The translations under genes were made by a program, and so were the position numbers. Of a stretch of 64,000 nucleotides of DNA, positions 57,162-64,000 are shown piece after piece (within the stretch, counting starts at the first letter, position 1; each line of letters starts with the position of its first letter). The stretch is from a bacterium (GTDB taxonomy: Bacteria; Patescibacteriota; Minisyncoccia; Phycocordibacterales; UBA1006): NCBI GenBank assembly GCA_037144045.1, contig JBAWXN010000002.1, positions 150,875 through 214,874 of the forward strand, written 5' to 3'. The notes under the pieces are model-generated. The model saw only the letters and a program-made list of their open reading frames with translations. It ran no database searches and had not been told where the DNA came from.

Positions 57162-57211
57162 TAATCAAAAAATCCCACTGGGTGACCCGCACAATTTCGT
57201 GCGGGTTTTTT
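57157..57211 (+). repeat. 55-bp 3' module (stop plus terminator), copy 1
   Basis: aatagtaatcaaaaaatcccactgggtgacccgcacaatttcgtgcgggtttttt. Confidence 0.9.
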
Positions 57212-57314
57212 GTTACAAATAAAGGGTTTAACAGGAAAGAGTATATTGACTTTTATATAATAATATGCTATAGTAAATAGGACAAATTCGTCAAAACTAA
57301 AAACAGATATACAC

Positions 57315-59093
57315 ATGCAAACATTTAAGATTGTTATTTCTATCGTATTCCTCCTCTTTTGGGGATTTCTTAGTGAATACTTTTTCATGCCAGCTCTTGC
57401 TATTTCGGCATCGAGTGGAATTTACTGGAACCTATTAATATGTTCCATAGTACTTTTTCTAATTTCAAAAATTGAGGACGACTCAAGTAGGGGAAACCCG
57501 ATAAGTTATGTATTTGGCTTCACGGGCGTTATTGCAATATTTGCCTTGATAATTGGTATCTTTACCTCATGGGAAATGTTCAACGCTGAAGACTATCGTA
57601 AGTTAATTGGAACTATTCAAGAAACCGAATTCACATCAAATGTTCAAGCCATTTCGCCACATCAGATGTTGGTGGTCGATAAAGAAATCGCAAGACGTAT
57701 CGGAGAAAAAGAAGTGGGTTCAGATCCTGGACTAGGTAGTCGCGTTGAAGTAGGAGAGTTCACCCTTCAGGCAGTTAAAGGACAGTTGTATTGGATTGCT
57801 CCGTTGGAGCATACTGGCTACTGGAAATGGAACCGTTTTGGCAATGAAGGCACACCAGGTTATATCCGTGTTTCAGCAACAAACCAAGACGATTATGCAC
57901 TAGTAAGAGAGGTGGATGGGAAACCTGTTCATATTATCTATCAAACAGGTGCATTTTTTAGCCAAGACCTTGAGCGTTATATTTACACTCATGGTTATCG
58001 GTCAGAATTATTTGGCGACATGACATTTGAGGTTGATGACGAGTGGCATCCATTTTGGACGGTTACTATTTATGACACTAAGATTGGATTGTCTGGTTAT
58101 GATGCAATAGCAGTAATGACTGTTAATCCGGAAACTGGTGAAATTAAACGGTATTCAATTGCAGATGCTCCTGCCTGGATTGATCGCATTCAATCGAGTT
58201 CAGTAGTTAATAGTCAAATCGATGACTGGGGTAATTATGTACATGGCTGGTGGAATTGGTCAGGTTCAGATATTATTCGTGTTGCAAGTGAAAGTTCACT
58301 GGTACTAGGAAGTGATGGACACTCTTACTTTTATTATGGACTTACCTCTGCTGGAAACGATAAGTCAACCGTAGGATTTGTTATGGTTGATACGCGTTCA
58401 AAGAAGGCTCATTGGTTTAAACAATCAGGCGCCACTGAAGACGCGGCAAAAAAATCAGCTGAAGGCAAGATTCAGGAAAAAGGCTACACGGGATCGGATG
58501 GGGTTACGTACAATATTGATGGTCACGCTACCTATGAATTCCTGTTGAAAGATAAGGGAGGTCTTATGAAGCAGATTGCTTTAGTAAATGTACACGACCA
58601 TACGATTGTAGGTATTGGTGAAAATCGCCAAGAAGCGTTGCAAGATTATCGCGCTCAAATGTTGGGTCGCGGCAATAATGTATCAATTTCTACGAGTGAT
58701 ATGGAAACGGTAGATCTTACGGCTCGAATTATAAGGTTTGGTACGGAGACTGTAAAAGGTACTACGTATTATTACTTTGTATTAAGTAAAAAGTCTCGTG
58801 TTGAATTTACTGCTGCTGGTACTATCTCGACTGAGTTAGTATTAACTCAAGTTAATGACAGCGTGAGAATAAAATACATTGAGCCTAACTCGGACGGTAT
58901 TATTCCCGTAGATTATTTTGATAACCTGAACCTCGGAATTACTAAAGACTCGATTCAGGTAAAAAACGAAGCGAGATTCGATAGTGTACGAACGGAACAA
59001 ACAATGAAGAGCCAAAATGGTGTGGTAGATAACAAAATAGAAAACCTAACACCAGAGCAAAAGAAGAAGGCTTTGAAGTTATTGCAAAAATAG
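57315..59093 (+). CDS. Membrane-anchored hypothetical protein with large extracellular domain
   Basis: Three N-terminal TMs then a 500-aa beta-rich domain; own TTGACT promoter (~57246). Confidence 0.75.
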   Translation: MQTFKIVISIVFLLFWGFLSEYFFMPALAISASSGIYWNLLICSIVLFLISKIEDDSSRGNPISYVFGFTGVIAIFALIIGIFTSWEMFNAEDYRKLIGTIQETEFTSNVQAISPHQMLVVDKEIARRIGEKEVGSDPGLGSRVEVGEFTLQAVKGQLYWIAPLEHTGYWKWNRFGNEGTPGYIRVSATNQDDYALVREVDGKPVHIIYQTGAFFSQDLERYIYTHGYRSELFGDMTFEVDDEWHPFWTVTIYDTKIGLSGYDAIAVMTVNPETGEIKRYSIADAPAWIDRIQSSSVVNSQIDDWGNYVHGWWNWSGSDIIRVASESSLVLGSDGHSYFYYGLTSAGNDKSTVGFVMVDTRSKKAHWFKQSGATEDAAKKSAEGKIQEKGYTGSDGVTYNIDGHATYEFLLKDKGGLMKQIALVNVHDHTIVGIGENRQEALQDYRAQMLGRGNNVSISTSDMETVDLTARIIRFGTETVKGTTYYYFVLSKKSRVEFTAAGTISTELVLTQVNDSVRIKYIEPNSDGIIPVDYFDNLNLGITKDSIQVKNEARFDSVRTEQTMKSQNGVVDNKIENLTPEQKKKALKLLQK

Positions 59094-59143
59094 TAATCAA
59101 AAAATCCCACTGGGTGACCCGCACAATTCTGTGCGGGTTTTTT
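59089..59143 (+). repeat. 55-bp 3' module (stop plus terminator), copy 2
   Basis: Identical to 57157-57211 except 2 nt in the hairpin loop. Confidence 0.9.
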
Positions 59144-59206
59144 TTGACAACAGAATATAAATAAGGTATTGTTGCGCTAAATTACATCATCAAAAACAGA
59201 AAACAT

Positions 59207-60247
59207 ATGAAGCTAAAAGAGCTTGAATTTCCTCCGGTTGTAGGACAATCAGGAGTACAAGGATTTTTCGGTGAAGGTGACGAGTATCGTCATCATGCAC
59301 TCTTTAAATTAATCCCCGGTTTTTCCTTTAAGGGAATGGGGTTTGTTGCTAAGACAACAACAATTACTCCAAAAATATTCCCTGAGACTTCAAACACAGA
59401 ATTGCGCGATGGGTATAAAGTGAAACGGTGGTTTCCGAATTCAGTATGGTGGAGTCCGAAATCCTTTATGAAAGGGTACGTAGTAAACGCGGTTGGGTTG
59501 GCTAACCCCGGGACTCTTGCCATGCTTGGGTATGGTAAATGGCAGAGACGGAGTGATATCTTTCAACTATCATTCATGGCCCTATCAGCAACCATAGAAG
59601 GCAAAGTGCTAGAAACAGAAACGTACTGTGATTATTTACTTAAGTACATACCTCCATCATCAATACATCGCTACGCTATTCAGGTTAATGAATCATGCCC
59701 TAATACGGGACATAATCAAGAACAAGATCCGGCAGGTGTTATTGCGGTAGTAGAAGTAATTCGTAGAAAATTACCAACCGTTCCAATTATTATTAAGTTT
59801 GATTTGTTAATCGAACCAAAAACAATTGTTGCACTTAAGCCGTATTGCGATGCATTTTGCATTAGTAATACTGTTGAAGTAGGTAAATCAAATCAATTTG
59901 CTTGGGGCGAATTATTTGATCGAGGACTATCGCCATTATTGAAACATTTTGGCGGTAAGTTTAAAGGCGGACTTTCCGGGGCGCCACTATTTCCGCAGTT
60001 GGTTGCGTGGCTGAAAAAAATGCAGCACTATGATTCATCAGTGGTTATCATTGCTGGTGGTGGAATTATGACCAAGGAAAACATTCGTGAACTTTCACAA
60101 TTTAGTATTGTTCACGCAGTGGCACTTGGTACGGTTGCAATTTTACGACCGTGGAGGTTGCAGGGACTCATTCAGTTCGCTAAAAATATTTTTTCACTTC
60201 GTAAACAACAACAGACAATCAGTCATGAAAGAACAAATTTTGCTTAA
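59207..60247 (+). CDS. pyrD: Divergent dihydroorotate dehydrogenase
   Basis: KTTT, NAVGLANPG, NESCPN, ISNT, GGLSG, IIAGGGI. Confidence 0.8.
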   Translation: MKLKELEFPPVVGQSGVQGFFGEGDEYRHHALFKLIPGFSFKGMGFVAKTTTITPKIFPETSNTELRDGYKVKRWFPNSVWWSPKSFMKGYVVNAVGLANPGTLAMLGYGKWQRRSDIFQLSFMALSATIEGKVLETETYCDYLLKYIPPSSIHRYAIQVNESCPNTGHNQEQDPAGVIAVVEVIRRKLPTVPIIIKFDLLIEPKTIVALKPYCDAFCISNTVEVGKSNQFAWGELFDRGLSPLLKHFGGKFKGGLSGAPLFPQLVAWLKKMQHYDSSVVIIAGGGIMTKENIRELSQFSIVHAVALGTVAILRPWRLQGLIQFAKNIFSLRKQQQTISHERTNFA

Positions 60248-61328
60248 CAGTCCGTTCGATGCACACATGCATTGGCGGCAACCCGGACTCCTTGAACAGG
60301 TAGCTCCGTATTCAATGAATCAGTTTGCAGGTGGATTGGTAATGCCAAATACCAATCCGAAAATTTTGTCGCTACCGCAGCTGTTATGGTACCGTGCAGC
60401 AGTCCTTGGGTTTCTTAAAGATGCGCAATCAGATTTTTTTACCCTATTCACGTATTACTTATCTGTTGAACTTTCAGAAAAGGATTTGTGTGAGGCGTGG
60501 AATCAAAAACTGATTCATGCGGTGAAATATTATCCAAAAGGTGGTACTACTGCTTCTGACAAAGGCCTTACTGGTTTTCGTGAAGTATATCCACTACTTG
60601 CTGTTATGGAAGAGCTCGGTATTCCGTTATTGATTCATGGTGAAACACCAGAAATTGATGGAACCGTAGTTGATGATTTTCAGCGCGAACAAGTATTTAT
60701 GGAAACGGAATTGGTTGACTTGGTGCATGCATTTCCGGAATTGCGAATAGTGTTGGAACATATCACTACAGAAGCTGCTGCGAATTTTGTGTTAGCTCAC
60801 GAAAATGTATACGCTACAATTACTCCACAGCATTGCTTATTAGATCGCAGAGCGCTTTTCAATGGAATATCATTTGATGAACGTACTCCTTATTTTGATT
60901 TGAATAAGAACGGTATGCACCCAGCTATGATGTGTCGTCCGATTTTGAAAAACCAAAGAGATTTGGACGGAATCCGTTCAGCGTTGATTTATCAAGCGCG
61001 CCATGGACTAAAAAAATTCGGATTAGGAACTGACACGGCACCGCATACCGCAGATAAGAAATATTGCGAATGTGGTGCGTGCGGAGTATTTTCAGCACCT
61101 ATTGCACTTGAATTATATGCGATGGCGTTTGAACAAATGGGAATCCTTGATCATTTACCGGTGTTTGCATGTAAAGTGATGCCGACATTTTATGGGATTA
61201 TTTATCAGTTGCCTCCTAAGCAAATAATACTAGTCTCTGATACGCAAACAGTTGCGGCATCATATCATGGCATCGTTACTCCATTCGCAGGAAGTTCTAT
61301 TCCGTGGACGGCAATTACTACAAATTAA
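60225..61328 (+). CDS. pyrC: Dihydroorotase (homodimeric, E. coli type)
   Basis: DAHMHWR, MPNT, VKYYP, IHGE, LEHITT, TITPQH, GTDTAPH. Confidence 0.92.
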   Translation: MKEQILLNSPFDAHMHWRQPGLLEQVAPYSMNQFAGGLVMPNTNPKILSLPQLLWYRAAVLGFLKDAQSDFFTLFTYYLSVELSEKDLCEAWNQKLIHAVKYYPKGGTTASDKGLTGFREVYPLLAVMEELGIPLLIHGETPEIDGTVVDDFQREQVFMETELVDLVHAFPELRIVLEHITTEAAANFVLAHENVYATITPQHCLLDRRALFNGISFDERTPYFDLNKNGMHPAMMCRPILKNQRDLDGIRSALIYQARHGLKKFGLGTDTAPHTADKKYCECGACGVFSAPIALELYAMAFEQMGILDHLPVFACKVMPTFYGIIYQLPPKQIILVSDTQTVAASYHGIVTPFAGSSIPWTAITTN

Positions 61329-61400
61329 TATAAATGAACCTATCCAAGTGGATAGGTTTTTTGTTTACTTCAAAAACAACAGGCGCTATACTTATAGTAT

Positions 61401-62363
61401 ATGATTACTCAAGAACTCGTGTTATTTATTAAACAACAATTACAAGAAGGAAAGAGTAAGGAACAAATTGCACAACTCCTGGTTCCGCACGGATGGCAAC
61501 TCGAAGACATTAATGGGGTGTTCACACAAATCATGCCAAGTGCGCAACCGGTAGTGCCACCACCTCAAACCAATAGTGGTGATGGGTATGGTAATAATGG
61601 GTTAATACAACCGCAAACAAATCCCTCTATGGCAGCATCAGGAACGATGCCTGCTGCGGGTAGTGTGGTAACTAATGTTCAATCGGGTTCCTCTAAAAAA
61701 TGGATGATCTTGGCTGGTCTAGCAGTAGTATTGATAGGGTTAGGATTTGGTGGATATTATGCTTGGACGCAAGGATTAATTCCAGAATCAATCACAGGAC
61801 TTGTACAAAAAAATAATACCAGTGCTCCTCTCGAGCAAATTCAGACACTAAACACACTTCCACAAAATAGTAATACCGTGAGTTCATCAAATGAGGTAGT
61901 CGTACCTGAAGAGACACAAGACATCAAGTCAATGATGCCAAGTAATGAAGGTGAAATAGATGAGGAAAAAAGTGGTTCAGTAACGGGAACAGGTGCTCGT
62001 TCAAGTTCTGGAACTCAGTCGGTAATTAATCCAGAATTTACCCATGTCAAAGACTCGTTTCCTGTAGGATTTCCTCTTCCCAGCGATGCAGAAGTAATCA
62101 CGGCAACTGTGCTTTCAGCGACTAATTTTGAGGGAATTCGTTATATTCTTAATTATACCAGTACTCATTCGTTAGCTTATTTACGAAATGGTATGAAAGC
62201 GTCACTTGAAAAAGCGGGATATACTGTTTCTATTAACGAAACGAATCAAGACTATCGAGTAATTACAGCAAGTAAGGTGGTGCGTAACACGGCTCGAACC
62301 TTCAAAATAGTTGTCGAAAAAACAGTACTAGGAGCAACGGTTTCAGTGGTTTTCACTCAGTAA
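61401..62363 (+). CDS. CPR-type single-TM hypothetical protein
   Basis: MITQELVLFIKQQLQEGKS...GW N-domain, TM, low-complexity linker. Confidence 0.7.
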   Translation: MITQELVLFIKQQLQEGKSKEQIAQLLVPHGWQLEDINGVFTQIMPSAQPVVPPPQTNSGDGYGNNGLIQPQTNPSMAASGTMPAAGSVVTNVQSGSSKKWMILAGLAVVLIGLGFGGYYAWTQGLIPESITGLVQKNNTSAPLEQIQTLNTLPQNSNTVSSSNEVVVPEETQDIKSMMPSNEGEIDEEKSGSVTGTGARSSSGTQSVINPEFTHVKDSFPVGFPLPSDAEVITATVLSATNFEGIRYILNYTSTHSLAYLRNGMKASLEKAGYTVSINETNQDYRVITASKVVRNTARTFKIVVEKTVLGATVSVVFTQ

Positions 62364-62380
62364 TTTACCCTTCAAAACCT

Positions 62381-62409
62381 TTGACAAGTCCCAAATAATT
62401 TGTTAAGGT
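62381..62409 (+). promoter_or_regulatory. Promoter for rpsN-rpsH-rplF-rplR
   Basis: TTGACA-17-TAAGGT with TG extension. Confidence 0.6.
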
Positions 62410-62573
62410 AAGCAGGCACGAAATGTGCTTGCTTTTTCGGTTTATCGCATCCCTCTATTTCTATTTTATCCTTAATTTATAAGGGCAAAATAAATTTTGA
62501 GGAGATATGGCTGAACCAGACAAAGGAATATTATTAAATTAGTCACAAGGAAGCAATTCCTTATTTATTGTAC

Positions 62574-62843
62574 ATGGCGAAAACATCAGTACTCGCGCGC
62601 AATGAAAAACGACGAAAATTGATTGAAAAATACGCGGCAAAGCGTGCAGCTTTAAAAGCAGCTGGAGACCTTGAAGGACTTCAAAAATTGCCAAAGAATT
62701 CTTCACCAACTCGTTATAAAAATCGTTGTGCTATCACCGGTCGATCAAATGGATATTTACGAGACTTCGGTCTTTCACGAATCAAGTTCCGAGAACTTGC
62801 TAACGAAGGAAAGATTCCAGGAGTACGTAAATCATCATGGTAG
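62574..62843 (+). CDS. rpsN: 30S ribosomal protein S14 (89-aa, non-zinc form)
   Basis: MAKTS...[19 protein letters not shown]...IPGVRKSSW. Confidence 0.97.
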   Translation: MAKTSVLARNEKRRKLIEKYAAKRAALKAAGDLEGLQKLPKNSSPTRYKNRCAITGRSNGYLRDFGLSRIKFRELANEGKIPGVRKSSW

Positions 62844-62871
62844 TTTCTTAATGCAGATTTAATTAAAATAT

Positions 62872-63258
62872 ATGGATAAAATTGCAAACTTGCTCATCTC
62901 TCTAAAAAACGGAGGAAACGCTGGAAAAGAAACGGTTATGGTTCCATTTTCAAATCTTTCCGGAGAGATTGCAAAAACCCTTTTCAATGCTGGATATATT
63001 GCATCATATGCAAAAAAATCACGAGCAAAAGGTGACGTTCTAGAATTAGGAGTATCATACGTTGATACACAACCTAAAATTCATGACGTGAAAAGAGTTT
63101 CAAAATCATCACGCCGCGTTTACTGCGGAGTGCATGATGTGAAACCTGTTAAACATGGTCGAGGACTTTTGGTGTTATCTACTCCAAAAGGAATTCTAAC
63201 CGGAGAACAAGCTCGTAAAGAACACGTAGGTGGCGAAGCCCTCTTCGAAATTTGGTAA
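62872..63258 (+). CDS. rpsH: 30S ribosomal protein S8
   Basis: MDKIANLL, RVSKSSRRVY, LSTPKGILT, GGE...W. Confidence 0.97.
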   Translation: MDKIANLLISLKNGGNAGKETVMVPFSNLSGEIAKTLFNAGYIASYAKKSRAKGDVLELGVSYVDTQPKIHDVKRVSKSSRRVYCGVHDVKPVKHGRGLLVLSTPKGILTGEQARKEHVGGEALFEIW

Positions 63259-63262
63259 TTAT

Positions 63263-63796
63263 ATGTCACGACTTGCAAAAACACCTATTGAAATTTTAGC
63301 TGGAGTAACCGTAACAGTTTCAGGTAATACTGTAACTATTAAAGGTGCAAAAGGTGAACTTTCAAAAACATTTAGTCCAGAAGTTACTGCCGCAGTAGTA
63401 GATAATACTATTGTACTTACACCTCATGGAAACAATGTATTTGTACGCAGTTTGTGGGGAACCGTTGGTTCACACGTGCGTAACATGATGGAAGGAGTAA
63501 CTAAAGGATACGAGAAAAAACTTATCCTTGAAGGAGTAGGATACAAATCAGCAGTGGTAGGGAATGTTCTTGACCTTGCGCTTGGATTCTCACACCCGGT
63601 AAAAATCGAAATCCCATCAGGGCTTACAGTTACTGCGGAAAAGAACCTTATTAGTATCTCTGGAATTGATAAAGAAATGGTCGGTCAATTCTCAGCATAC
63701 GTTCGATCACTTAAGAAGCCTGAACCGTACAAAGGGAAAGGATTCCGTTACGATGACGAAGTGATTCGACGTAAGCAAGGTAAGAAATCTGCATAA
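63263..63796 (+). CDS. rplF: 50S ribosomal protein L6
   Basis: MSRLAKTPI, GVGYK, LGFSHP, PEPYKGKG. Confidence 0.97.
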   Translation: MSRLAKTPIEILAGVTVTVSGNTVTIKGAKGELSKTFSPEVTAAVVDNTIVLTPHGNNVFVRSLWGTVGSHVRNMMEGVTKGYEKKLILEGVGYKSAVVGNVLDLALGFSHPVKIEIPSGLTVTAEKNLISISGIDKEMVGQFSAYVRSLKKPEPYKGKGFRYDDEVIRRKQGKKSA

Positions 63797-63799
63797 TCT

Positions 63800-64000
63800 A
63801 TGAAACATTCAAACATTTCAAAACGAGCACGACGCCACAAGCGAATCCGAGCTCGCGTATCTGGAACTGCAGATCGACCACGACTTGCAGTGTTCAAATC
63901 AAACAAGTTCATGTATGCACAATTAATTGATGATACCGTAGGTAAAACGATCTGCGCTTCAAGTGATATTAAAAATGCACAGGGAACAAAAACAGAACGT
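63800..64000 (+). CDS. rplR: 50S ribosomal protein L18 (partial)
   Basis: [35 protein letters not shown]. Confidence 0.95.
   Translation, partial: MKHSNISKRARRHKRIRARVSGTADRPRLAVFKSNKFMYAQLIDDTVGKTICASSDIKNAQGTKTER

Noticed and set aside
1-64000. Alternative genetic code (UGA=Gly, as in Gracilibacteria/SR1)
   Set aside because: Long conserved genes are intact under code 11 and TGA ends genes (e.g., 35113-35115)

Overview
AT-rich bacterial chromosome segment, genetic code 11. It is very likely from a Patescibacteria/CPR (Parcubacteria-like) organism: compact genes, no obvious Shine-Dalgarno sites, -10 boxes 6-8 nt before ATG, short PolA, multiple TrmB and DedA paralogs, and pilus genes. Core genes are polA, tsaE, ruvA, ruvX, rpsT, rplS, rpsN-rpsH-rplF-rplR, uppP, ahpC, a class II photolyase, a Dsb cluster and seven tRNAs, one of them Arg-GCG. 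These are interspersed with single-gene or two-gene accessory cassettes carrying full TTGAC-17-TAnnnT promoters. The most notable signal is a minus-strand cluster at 41064-45286. It holds an OmpR-type response regulator, an unannotated 34-aa ORF ending in ...FLPWNG, a multi-TM histidine kinase, and a two-domain isoprenoid enzyme (DxDD class II cyclase-like plus DDxxD prenyltransferase-like). This layout resembles a ComQXPA-type prenylated-tryptophan peptide quorum-sensing system in a CPR bacterium. Other observations: a candidate structured ncRNA, a circularly permuted DsbA, a T9SS-CTD protein, a decayed tRNA-Ser island with a helicase-INT_rpt fusion, three TrmB divergons with palindromic operators, and a uORF plus terminator leader. 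All functional calls come from motif recognition by eye; no searches were run.
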